A DNA stretch of 64,000 bases, from the NCBI GenBank assembly GCA_044892525.1, contig CM097885.1, forward strand, positions 234,424,001-234,488,000. The letters are read 5' to 3'. Position 1 is the first letter of the stretch; each line of letters begins with the position of its first letter. Below are positions 35,978-49,025 of this stretch, piece after piece. The translations under genes were made by a program, and so were the position numbers. The notes under the pieces are model-generated. The model was given only the letters and a program-made list of their open reading frames with translations. It was not told the DNA's origin and did no database searches. This stretch comes from Schmidtea polychroa (Eukaryota).

Positions 35978-38900
35978 TTTTCTTTTTTCGATAATTTTCA
36001 ATACTTATCAATTTTCTAACAAAATGGTATATTCTTGATAAGTATATTCCAAAATACTAATCATTCAAATAATAATTGCGCTCAATTATATACTTTTTAA
36101 CATTTGCAAACGGTGAATTTCTATTACGCGTGTTGATAGTATTTACTATATATTTCAAATCCAAAGTGGCTTATATTATATATTTAAGCAATTTACAGCT
36201 TAAAGTTTAATTACAACTTCTAAAACATGATTTATAAAATTCATGTTTTAAATTAATTAATCTTATATTATATATAAATAAACCATTCTTCATTAATAAA
36301 TCAAATTCAATTCTGTCTAATGGACAATTAGAATGTCTTTCTAACCAACTTATTAAACAATTACTACAATAAACATGGTTACAACCAGTAGTTATAATTG
36401 AATTTATTTTTTTTGCGGATATTATTCATGTAAATGTCTTTAAAATATAATTGGTCTTCAATAAAAGAAGTAATTATCTGTTGAATAACTAACTATTAGC
36501 TGATAGATAGTTTAATTTCTATGATGTGGTATGTAAACGCTACTCATATATTCGTTTTACAATATATTTCGACAGTTTTTCTATCATCATCAGATAAAAT
36601 AGAAAAACTAAAAGAATTTACTAAGTTTCATTTTTAAAAAGAATGAAAAAATTATCTTTTCTTCAACACAAATTTTAAGAAAAAAAATATCTAATTCCTT
36701 TCTATAAAGTGCAAAATATGTCGTCATGAGTCTTTTGTTGAAATTTATTAATAGAATTCATTTTATAATAATGATATAGTGCTTCTACCCAATAGACAAT
36801 TTGGATTTACCAATAACCAAGATAATAAACAACCACTGCAAAACTTATGATTGCAAAGATTTATTGTTACGGAATTATGAATATCATTATAATTTCTTTT
36901 AATGAACAGAAAAATTGGTATCTAAAGAATATTGTTCAAGGTTATAAAATCGAGCAGAATGATGTCCTTACTCCAATTTGAAAAATTTCACAATTATTTT
37001 AATATATGCTTAATGAATGTTAATAAATGTATTTAATTATATTTGTGTTTGTCTTTTCTTTCAAATAATAAAAATAATTTGTCAATTTTTAACAAAAAAT
37101 TACAAAATGAACATTTTATAATTATAAAATACTTTTAATATAATATAATATAAATTAAAATATAATATATCTTTTACATAATATTTTAATATCAATTATA
37201 AAATAATTTAATAAAAAGATTGACTATGAATCAGTAAATACTTTTTTATTTACTGATTCAATGTCAATCTTTTTAATAAATACAATAGTAATGGAAAATA
37301 AATCAATAGTGAAATTTGTAAGAAAAGTTCTTATAATACTATAAAATACTATAAAAACTTTTCTTTTAATTATTAAAATAAAATCTGAACAATTGTAATA
37401 TGTGATAACTAATATAAAAAATTCTAATTTAATAAATTCTAAATTTATAAATTTAAATAAAATAATTTAAAATTTTACCAAATGAAAAATAAATTAAATT
37501 TAAAAATATATAATAAAAATCTAAATTAAAAAAATCTTTAAATAAAGTTTTAAAAAAATATTTGTTTAAATAATAAACTAAAAGGTTGTATATAATTATT
37601 TTCAATTTGAAATGAACAATTGAATTGAAAATTAATGAATTTTTTCCTATTTTTTCATAAAAGCACTATGTTTATATCAAGAGAAAAAAATAATATATTT
37701 AAAACCAAATCGATTCTCGTTCGTCATCATCCACTTCATTTCTCCTCATGGTCGTGATAAAGATGTCATCTTCATATTTTGACTAAGAATCTATGATATA
37801 TTAAAATAATCCTTGTTACTTGCGAATGAAACAAGTATTTTCTTTTTTAGCCATTTTAATATGGCTGTTTTTTTTTCAATATTTTTAGTAATAAGTTCCT
37901 TTCTTTTTTCTCAATTATTGTAAGAAAATCCTTTAAGGATAGTAGCTGATAGATAGTTTAATTCATATGATGCGGTATGTAAACGCTACTCATACATTCG
38001 TTTTACAATATATTTCGACAGTTTTTCTATCATCCTCAGGAAAAATAGAAAAACTAAATAATTTAAGATTTTTGAACAATCACAGGGATATCACAGGGAT
38101 ATCACAGGGATATCACAGAGATATCACAGAGATATCAAAGAGATTAATGGATTGTGCGAGCAAAGTGTTCTTAGTGATTTCTGAAATTTTATCTTCGGTG
38201 TGCATCATGTTGTTCGTCATTATCCGCTTCTTTTCTGCTCTTGGTCGTGATAAAGATATCATCTACATATTTTTCGTAGGAATCTATGATATATTAATTA
38301 TTCCTTGTTACTTGAGAATGATACAAGTGTTTTCTTTTTTAGCCATTTTAATATGGCTGTTTTTCTGTTCAATATGTTTAAATAATAAGTTCCTTTCTTT
38401 TTTCTTAATCATTTTGTGGCAACTCTTTAAGGAGATTAGCTGATAGATATTTTAATTCCTTTTAATGTGGTATAAAAACGCTACTCAAACATTCGTTTTA
38501 CAATATATTTCGACAGTTTTTCTATCATCCTCAGGAAAAATAGAAAAACTAAATAATTTAAGATTTTTGAACAATCACAGGGATATCACAGAGATATCAC
38601 AGAGATTAATGGATTGTGCGAGCAAAGTGTTCTTAGTGATTTCTGAAATTTTATCTTCGGTGTGCATCATGTTGTTCGTCATTATCCGCTTCTTTTCTGC
38701 TCTTGGTCGTGATAAAGATATCATCTACATATTTTTCGTAGGAATCTATGATATATTAATTATTCCTTGTTACTTGAGAATGATACAAGTGTTTTCTTTT
38801 TTAGACATTTTAATATGGCTGTTTTTCTGTTCAATATGTTTAAATAATAAGTTCCTTTCTTTTTTCTTAATCATTTTGTGGCAACTCTTTAAGGAGATTA

Positions 38901-39538
38901 GCTGATAGATATTTTAATTCCTTTTAATGTGGTATAAAAACGCTACTCAAACATTTGTTTTACAATATATTTCGACAGTTTTTCTATCATCATCAGATAA
39001 AATAGAAAAACTAATTGAATTTACTAAGTTTCATTTTAAAAAAAATGAAAGAATTATCTTTTCTTCGACACAAATTTTAATAAAACAAATATCTAATTCC
39101 TTTCTTTAAAGTGCAAAATATGTCGTCATGAGTCTTTTGAATATTGTAACAGCTCTAGTTTGATTTTTAAATAGACACTTAAATAAACGCGGTAAAGACT
39201 TTATTTTTAAATATCGCTATTCATACATCTTTTTAACAATATATTTCGATAGCATCACAATGATTCTCAGATTACCTAATACTCGCAAGTTAAATGTTTG
39301 AGCATATTTGTCAAGACATTGTCCCATGTTATTTGTTCTATCAATATTTTTAACATTTTTATTATTTCTAATAAAATACCAATATCTTCTAGTTTTAAAA
39401 TATTTTCGGTTAATAATGGAATATTTCCCAAATACATTAAATATTGATCATTATAATTCTCGAAACTTATTCTCATAAACTCATACTCTAAACCTAAATA
39501 AATCATTAAATTTTTTTCTTGTTTCGAATAATATTGTA

Positions 39539-40603
39539 TTATCTAAAAATAAACCAATTTTGTTCGAGCTTATTTTTCAAAACATCATCCCAAGTTATTT
39601 GCTCGATCAATAATCTTATCATTCGAGTTATTTGTAATAAACCACCGATATCTTCTAGATTTAAAATATTATCAACAATAAATTGTATATTTCCCAAATA
39701 TACTAAATATTGGTTATTATAATTCAACAAACGTATTTCCATTAACTCGTATTCAAAACCTAAATAAATCGCTAATTTTTTTCTTGTTTCTATTATTATT
39801 TTATCATCTAAAAATAAGTCAATTTTGTCGAATAGTCGTGTCAATTGATTTGATATTAAATTTTGATGTACTAATGTAATATTAGTTAACATGTTTTGTT
39901 CAAATCTTATATAGTCAATTTCTAATGGATCTAATATCGTATCATCATCAAATTCTTGGAATGGAATATCAACACCATCTTCAGTCACAGTTAAATCTCG
40001 TAAAAATACATCGGAAATAAAAGATGTATACAGAGCTTTTTTGCGGATATTGGTCATAAAATTATCTTTAAATTTATCTTCAATAAAAGAACCAATTATC
40101 CTTTCAATAATTTCTTCATTTTTTTCATTAATTATCAATTTTCTAATTAAATGGTATATTTTTGTTAAATAATCTGATGCTGAATCGGTATTTTCAACGA
40201 GTATTTTAATTCCGAAAAAACTAGTATTCAAATAATCATTGAGCACAATTATATATTTTTTAAAATTTGCAAAAGGAGAATTTCGATTACGTGCTTTGAT
40301 ACTATTTAATATATATTCCAAATCCACAGGTGTTTTTCTTATATATTTTATCAGTTTGCGGTTGATATTTCTAATACAGGATCTAAAACGAAGTTTATAA
40401 AATTCTTGTTTCAGATTAAATAATCTCATATAATCTATAAATAAATCTTTCTTCTTTACTAAATCCAATTCAAGTCTGTCAAGCGGGCAATGAGTATAAT
40501 CATTTAACCAATGTAAGAAACAATTAGTACAAAACGAATGGTTACAGCCAGTAGTTATAAACAATTCTATAGCTAATTCATCGTAGCAAACAGTACATTC
40601 CAT
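39539..40603 (-). CDS. RING-finger protein, tandem copy
   Basis: Two substitutions versus 8358-9422 (SASD vs SASN; QLTR vs QLIR). Confidence 0.75.
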   Translation of the reverse strand: MECTVCYDELAIELFITTGCNHSFCTNCFLHWLNDYTHCPLDRLELDLVKKKDLFIDYMRLFNLKQEFYKLRFRSCIRNINRKLIKYIRKTPVDLEYILNSIKARNRNSPFANFKKYIIVLNDYLNTSFFGIKILVENTDSASDYLTKIYHLIRKLIINEKNEEIIERIIGSFIEDKFKDNFMTNIRKKALYTSFISDVFLRDLTVTEDGVDIPFQEFDDDTILDPLEIDYIRFEQNMLTNITLVHQNLISNQLTRLFDKIDLFLDDKIIIETRKKLAIYLGFEYELMEIRLLNYNNQYLVYLGNIQFIVDNILNLEDIGGLLQITRMIRLLIEQITWDDVLKNKLEQNWFIFR

Positions 40604-43600
40604 TTTTCTTTTTTCGATAATTTTCAATACTTATCAATTTCTAACAAAATGGTATATTCTTGATAAATATATTCCAAAATACTAATCATTCAAATAATAA
40701 TTGCGCTCAATTATATACTTTTTAACATTTGCAAACGGTGAATTTCTATTACGCGTGTTGATAGTATTTACTATATATTTCAAATCCAAAGTGGCTTATA
40801 TTATATATTTAAGCAATTTACAGCTTAAAGTTTAATTACAACTCCTAAAACATGATTTATAAAATTCATGTTTTAAATTAATTAATCTTATATTATATAT
40901 AAATAAACCATTCTTCATTAATAAATCAAATTCAATTCTGTCTAATGGACAATTAGAATGTCTTTCTAACCAACTTATTAAACAATTACTACAATAAACA
41001 TGGTTACAACCAGTAGTTATAGTTGAATTTATTTTTTTTGCGGATATTATTCATGTAAATGTCTTTAAAATATAATTGGTCTTCAATAAAAGAAGTAATT
41101 ATCTTTTGAATAACTAACTATTAGCTGATAGATAGTTTAATTTCTATGATGTGGTATGTAAACGCTACTCATATATTCGTTTTACAATATATTTCGACAG
41201 TTTTTCTATCATCATCAGATAAAATAGAAAAACTAAAAGAATTTACTAAGTTTCATTTTTAAAAAGAATGAAAAAATTATCTTTTCTTCAAATTTTAATA
41301 AAACAAATATCTAATTCCTTTCTATAAAGTGCAAAATATGTCGTCATGAGTCTTTTGTTGAAATTTATTAATAGAATTCATTTTATAATAATGATATAGT
41401 GCTTCTACCCAATAGACAATTTGGATTTACCAATAACCAAGATAATAAACAACCACTGCAAAACTTATGATTGCAAAGATTTATTGTTACGGAATTATGA
41501 ATATCATTATAATTTCTTTTAATGAACAGGAAAATTGGTATCTAAAGAATATTGTTCAAGGTTATAAAATCGATAAGAATGATGTCCTTACTCCAATTTG
41601 AAAAATTTCACAATTATTTTAATATATGCTTAATGAATGTTAATAAATGTATTTAATTATATTTGTGTTTGTCTTTTCTTTCAAATAATAAAAATAATTT
41701 GTCAATTTTTAACAAAAAATTAAAAAATGAACATTTTATAATTATAAAATACTTTTAATATAATATAATATAAATTAAAATATAATATATCTTTTATATA
41801 ATATTTTAATATCAATTATAAAATAATTTAATAAAAAGATTGACTATGAATCAGTAAATACTTTTTTATTTAATGATTCAATGTCAATCTTTTTAATAAA
41901 TACAATAGTAATGGAAAATAAATCAATAGTGAAATTTGTAAGAAAAGTTCTTATAATACTATAAAATAATTCAAAATAAATAATGGTTAACTGAGGATTG
42001 ACTTTCCAAACTTTTATCATCCGATAGAAGAAAAACAGTTTATAATTTTGACTGGCTTTGCAGATCAATTGACTACATTTGTAGCATAGCAATTACAGGT
42101 GGTGCTTTACTGGGATTAACATTAAAAGGCGACGGTAATATTTCAAAGTATGTGCTTTCATTGGATATTGAATCAAATACTTCTACCGATGTTTTGAAAA
42201 AAATCAACATAATCGCCATCATTTCTTTGTTTTGATGAGCAAAATTTATTTAGTTCATCAATAAGTCATGCATAATTATTTCTCAATTGATTTTGAAAAG
42301 ATGTAATTTAAGGATTACAACTTTCAGCAATCAGCTTATTTTCTCATGGAGTTTTAAATTCAAATTATTGAGATGGCCAGTCATGTCTACAAGAAAATAT
42401 AAATCTCAATACTAATTATCATCCGATAGATCGAATAAAATTAATGGTTTAATATAAACACACATTAACTGTTCCATTTTTAACACTTGCTTGTACAAAC
42501 TCTCTTAATGAAATGATGCAATGAAATATGTACAACTGATCAATTTATATATTTCACCTTCACATAGTTTTGTATCATTCGCTATACTACGGTCACGATC
42601 AGTAGCAATTAAATATGAAGTTGATAGATCTAAATAATTTTCAACAAAACTATTTCAAAACGCATAAAATTATAATATTTTCAATATTTTTAAAATTTTA
42701 AAATTTGCATAACATATGCATATCATATGATTATACATTATTTGATATGTCATAAAACGGAAATTTGTTTCTTTTTTATTCACTATATAGATTCCAATAT
42801 TATAACAGAATAAGGATTTTAATAATTTTTGAAAATATTTAAAAAATAATAATTAAAATGTGCAGAACAAAATACTAAGACTTTATATCATGTTTGAAAA
42901 TTTGAAAAATAAAATAATGCAAATTATGATTAATAATATAAAATCAATTATATAATGTAATTATGCATACAAAAAATTGTCCAGTGAAAATAACTTAAAT
43001 AATTTAATGGATTCTGATTGGTTCATAATGATTTGCAAGTTTCTGTATAAAATAGATGCAAAATAAAAAAATCATTTCTATAAAACGAAATAAAAGTGAG
43101 TTAATTTGCTACATACATAATCTTTCATAACTTTATTTTCTATAAATATATGTTTGAAAGGATGTTATCAAGTTAAGTTTTGATACTATCAGTTTAATTA
43201 GGAACCCTTTTAATACAAGTTATACATCACTGAATGTAATATTTAAGGATTACAATTACATATTCATTTAAAATATATATTTCTAATTTAAATTAATATT
43301 ATGAAACTAATTACTAGGAACCAACAACTTTAAAACAAATATTATATAATATACCAGTTGAAAAATTCAAGATATCAATCGAAAAATATTTTTGAAAATA
43401 TTTTTGGCAATCAATAATCAAATTCAAATAAATGTAAATGTATCATTTATGAATTGTGTAAAGGATAGTATTTGATAAAGTTAATGAAATGAATAAGTGA
43501 TTAGGATAAAATTCAAAGTTTAAAAAATTAAATCATTCTATTAAATTCATTTTGAAAAATTACTGAATCAAATAATTATTTTAAATTAAAATTAATTTTA

Positions 43601-45611
43601 TAAAATCTTAAACTTTCTTTAATTTATGTAATTATGCAAAGATAATTTTTTTTGAACTCTTATCATTATAAATTAAAAGTCGTATATTTGATTAATTATT
43701 TCATTTTTATTTAATTATTTAATTTGAAGTTTTTTTAAATTTACTGTTTATCTTTAAAAAATTAAATTTTAAATTTTATTATTTTCCATTTTTTAAATAT
43801 AAATAAATTAATTTTCAGACAGTGATTTCAAAATGAAGTGCATTCCGTTATATATGCTCTGAAATGTATGAAATTACAAATTAAAAACGAGTTTTTAAAA
43901 GAAAGTTACACATTAAAATTACATGATAATTAATACATTCATTTAAGTTAGATTGATACACACAATCCTCTTAAAAACGTAATCTTCTTAAATTACACAT
44001 TATTTTTTAGGATAATTTTATAAGAAAGTTCAAAAAACAGTGCTATAATTCACGAATTAATTAAGTTTTATAAAATACATTACCTTATTTAAAATCTATT
44101 CCCTTAATTTACTATTTCAATAAATATAACTATAATTTCTCAGTCGATATCTTTTCTTAAAAATAAACTACTTATTTTAAATTATTTCCCTAATTTCAAA
44201 TACTTTTTTTACTTAAATTTGATAAATACACATCTTTTTTAATCAGTCCATACAATTATTTTCCAACATAAAATTCCTGATACTTTATTTATCTATAAAA
44301 GATTATGCACAAAAATATGTGAAACTATAATGAAACCTATAGAAGTTATCGAGACTAAAATAATAAGGATTATTATTATTAAAGCTTATTAATCCAGAAA
44401 ATTTACTCACAAAAATATTTAAATTTTTTTCATTCAGAATTTTAAACTTTTTAAAAATTACATAAACATTTTCATTTAAAAATATTTTTTAGGCTTTTCA
44501 ATTAAGACATATTACTTAAAATACAGTGATTGAATATTTTTTGAATTATTGTAAACCTAACTTTCGAATAACTTAACTATTAAAAATACAGTTTTAATAT
44601 GATATTCGATATTATTATTATTTACAAAATCTTTATAATAATATCAAATACAAAAAAATTCAAAAATTGAATTTTTATTAATATCTTCTAGCTTTATTAA
44701 TATATTCTGGTCACCTTTTTACAATTTCAATAATTTCTTTGAATTTTTATTTAAAGCTTGTAGTAGGTAGAGTATTGACTTACTGTAGAGATTAAAAAAT
44801 TTTAAATTACTTTTTTAAAAGTATGATGAAATAAAATTTAGAATTTAAAAATAACAAAAAAGAATTGTAATTCTTTTTACTTTTGTTATCATGTTAATAA
44901 AAATTATTACGGTTTGTTATTGTTGTTATGTAATTGTTTTGTTTTTTATTGTAATAAAATTATAATAAAGTCATAATATATTACCTACACAACATTCGCG
45001 CCAGCTGTCCAGAAAACGTTTTAAAGAAGACTCAGATGGCTCAACAGATTTGTTAACTACATTTTTATAATATAACAATTAAGAACCATACATACATTTT
45101 TATTGATTGTTTTATTAAAATAAAATGTAAATATTTATACTAAATGAATTAGCACCTGCACGTAAAGGAATATTTTTCAATAAAAAGTAATAAATATTTA
45201 GAGGTTTACATCTCGACTCAAAGTCGGTAGAATCATACATTTCCAATTATATTGAATATTTAACTTTTAAATACGCTAAATATATTTTCATTTGATCAAT
45301 ATTTAAAAACTTAAAACATGAAATTAATTGAGTAAAGAAATCTGTTTACAATTTAAAAATATTGAATATTAAATTAAATAAAATTTTTTAATGAGAGAAA
45401 CATTATATTAAATATATTTTTCAAAAACTTTCAAACTAAAATGCAATTAATAAATTTAACAAGTTTATGTTTTATATTAAATAAATAGTATAAATAGAAC
45501 TGCAAAACTCTTTGAAATGAAGAGTAAAATAATATAATATTAATAAAAATTATAAATTATATATATTAAAATTGCTATTAAAAATGTTAAAAAATGTTAT
45601 ATAACATCAGA

Positions 45612-45617
45612 TATTCA
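45612..45617 (+). other. Empty (pre-insertion) target site
   Basis: TAACATCAGA-TATTCA-GAAAATTATAATC joins the left flank (as at 19341) directly to the right flank (as at 32697) with one TATTCA. Confidence 0.92.
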
Positions 45618-47294
45618 GAAAATTATAATCAGCTATTTTATTGAAACAATAATTTTGAAACATGAAGTCAATTTTATTGAATTAAATTTAATTTCATCAA
45701 ATTTACATATTCAATAATATACTCAGAATTACTAAAATTTAATTTTTGTAAAACTCGTAAACTAAAAAATTGATATTTAAAAAAAATTTAAATAAAAATA
45801 AAAACAGATATAGAAAATTAGGAATCTCAGATTAAATATTGCTAAAAGTTATAATTTTCCAGTTTATTTAAATATTAATGTAATTGAAATCGTTTGATTA
45901 TACTTAAATAAAATTTGTTGATACTTACCGAGTCTCATGTAAAAATTGTAATGTGACAATATGGAATTCATCGTAAATGTATTATATATGAGAAATGTGT
46001 TTATACAAGTCTCGATAAATATAAAAATTCTATAGAAATTCTACAAAACTTACAGTATTTTTATCATTAACCTGTATTAAAAAAGATATGAAACTTCATT
46101 AATAATTAATCCGTAAAGATAATTTAATAAGATAATTTTGTGGCCAATAGTAGTCTCAATAGTTCTTGAATGATGATTTTAACGGTAGTTACTAATGACT
46201 GTGTACCATTTGTAGATTAAAACAATTACCAAATAGATCATGTATATGTTGTGAATAATATAATCAAATGATAGAATCTTGAAATTATGTCTCTAGAATT
46301 TGGTTATTTATTGTTTTCGATATATTTTTATTTCAATTTTTAATCATTTTTTGAAACTTATATCCCTACATTTGATTTCTGAAATCTTCCAAATAGTGAA
46401 TTGATACATTTTTAACAATTTCTTAAAAGGTCAAATTATTTCTGTTTTTACGTGGATTGAATGTGATAGTCAAGGAAGGAAAAATAATTGTAATAATATA
46501 AAATTTACATAGTTCAAACATATTTACAAAAAAGATGTCACCAGAATAGATGATTTTATTTTAAATAAAAACTTTTCTTTTAATTATTAAAATAAAATCT
46601 GAACAATTGTAATATGTGATAACTAATATAAAAAATTCTAATTTAATAAATTCTAAATTTATAAATTTAAATAAAATAATTTAAAATTTTACCAAATGAA
46701 AAATAAATTAAATTTAAAAATATATAATAAAAATCTAAATTAAAAAAATCTTTAAATAAAGTTTTAAAAAAATATTTGTTTAAATAATAAACTAAAAGGT
46801 TGTATATAATTATTTTCAATTTGAAATGAACAATTGAATTGAAAATTAATGAATTTTTTCCTATTTTTTCATAAAAGCACTATGTTTATATCAAGAGAAA
46901 AAAATAATATATTTAAAACCAAATCGATTCTCGTTCGTCATCATCCACTTCATTTCTCCTCATGGTCGTGATAAAGATGTCATCTTCATATTTTGACTAA
47001 GAATCTATGATATATTAAATTAATCCTTGTTACTTGAGAATGAAACAAATAATTTCTTTTTTAGCCATTTTAATATGGCTGTTTTTTTTGTTCAATATTT
47101 TTAGTAATAAGTTCCTTTCTTTTTTTTCAATTATTGTAAGAAAATCCTTTAAGGATAGTAGCTGATAGATAGTTTAATTCATATGATGCGGTATGTAAAC
47201 GCTACTCATACATTCGTTTTACAATATATTTCGACAGTTTTTCTATCATCCTCAGGAAAAATAGAAAAACTAAATAATTTAAGATTTTTGAACA

Positions 47295-47415
47295 ATCACA
47301 GGGATATCACAGAGATATCACAGAGATATCACAGAGATATCACAGAGATATCACAGAGATATCACAGAGATATCACAGAGATATCACAGAGATATCACAG
47401 AGATATCACAGAGAA
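47295..47415 (+). repeat. 11-bp VNTR (ATCACAGAGAT)x11
   Basis: Paralogous sites carry 4 (3202), 5 (6909), 3 (7393) and 6 (11523) copies. Confidence 0.9.
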
Positions 47416-47979
47416 TAATGGATTGTGCGAGCAGAGCGTTCTTAGTGATTTCTGAAATTTTATCTTCGGTGTGCATCATGTTGTTCGTCATTATCCGCTT
47501 CTTTTCTGCTCTTGGTCGTGATAAAGATATCATCTACATATTTTTCGTAGGAATCTATGATATATTAATTATTCCTTGTTACTTGAAAATGATACAAGTG
47601 TTTTCTTTTTTAGCCATTTTAATATGGCTGTTTTTCTGTTCAATATGTTTAAATAATAAGTTCCTTTCTTTTTTCTTAATCATTTTGTGGCAACTCTTTA
47701 TGGAGATTAGCTGATAGATATTTTAATTCCTTTTAATGTGGTATAAAAACGCTACTCAAACATTTGTTTTACAATATATTTCGACAGTTTTTCTATCATC
47801 ATCAGATAAAATAGAAAAACTAAATGAATTTACTAAGTTTCATTTTAAAAAAAATGAAAGAATTATCTTTTCTTCGACACAAATTTTAATAAAACAAATA
47901 TCTAATTCCTTTCTTTAAAGTTCAAAATATGTCGTCATGAGTCTTTTGAATATTGTTTCTTGTTTCGAATAATATTGTA

Positions 47980-49025
47980 TTATCTAAATATAAACCAATT
48001 TTGTTCGAGCTTATTTTTCAAAACATCATCCCAAGTTATTTGCTCGATCAACAATCTTATCATTCGAGTTATTTGTAATAAACCACCGATATCTTCTAGA
48101 TTTAAAATATTATCAACAATAAATTGTATATTTCCCAAATATACTAAATATTGATTATTATAATTCAACAAACATATTTCCATTAACTCGTATTCAAAAC
48201 CTAAATAAATCGCTAATTTTTTTCTTGTTTCTATTATTATTTTATCATCTAAAAATAAGTCAATTTTGTCGAATAGTCGTGTCAATTGATTTGATATTAA
48301 ATTTTGATGTACTAATGTAATATTAGTTAACATGTTTTGTTCAAATCTTATATAGTCAATTTCTAATGGATCTAATATCGTATCATCTCAAATTCTTGGA
48401 ATGGAATATCAACACCATCTTCAGTCACAGTTAAATCTCGTAAAAATACATCGGAAATAAAAGATGTATAGAGAGCTTTTTTGCGGATATTGGTCATAAA
48501 ATTATCTTTAAATTTATCTTCAATAAAAGAACCAATTATCCTTTCAATAATTTCTTCATTTTTTTCATTAATTATCAATTTTCTAATTAAATGGTATATT
48601 TTTGTTAAATAATCTGATGCTGAATCGGTATTTTCAACGAGTATTTTAATTCCGAAAAAACTAGTATTCAAATAATCATTGAGCACAATTATATATTTTT
48701 TAAAATTTGCAAAAGGAGAATTTCGATTACGTGCTTTGATACTATTTAATATATATTCCAAATCCACAGGTGTTTTTCTTATATATTTTATCAGTTTGCG
48801 GTTGATATTTCTAATACAGGATCTAAAACGAAGTTTATAAAATTCTTGTTTCAGATTAAATAATCTCATATAATCTATAAATAAATCCAATTCAAGTCTG
48901 TCAAGCGGGCAATGAGTATAATCATTTAACCAATGTAAGAAACAATTAGTACAAAACGAATGGTTACAGCCAGTAGTTATAAACAATTCAATAGCTAATT
49001 CATCGTAGCAAACAGTACATTCCAT
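47980..49025 (-). pseudogene. Frameshifted RING-finger gene
   Basis: Split into ORFs 48372-49049 and 47980-48333 by a 1-bp deletion (TCATCATCAAA to TCATCTCAAA); also a 15-bp in-frame deletion (VKKKD region). Confidence 0.8.

Larger units (their letters stand above)
32691..45611. repeat. Large host tandem unit, copy 2 (~12.9 kb)
   Basis: As copy 1 but with one fewer 4.6-kb subunit and lacking ~278 bp (about 18221-18498). Confidence 0.9.
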
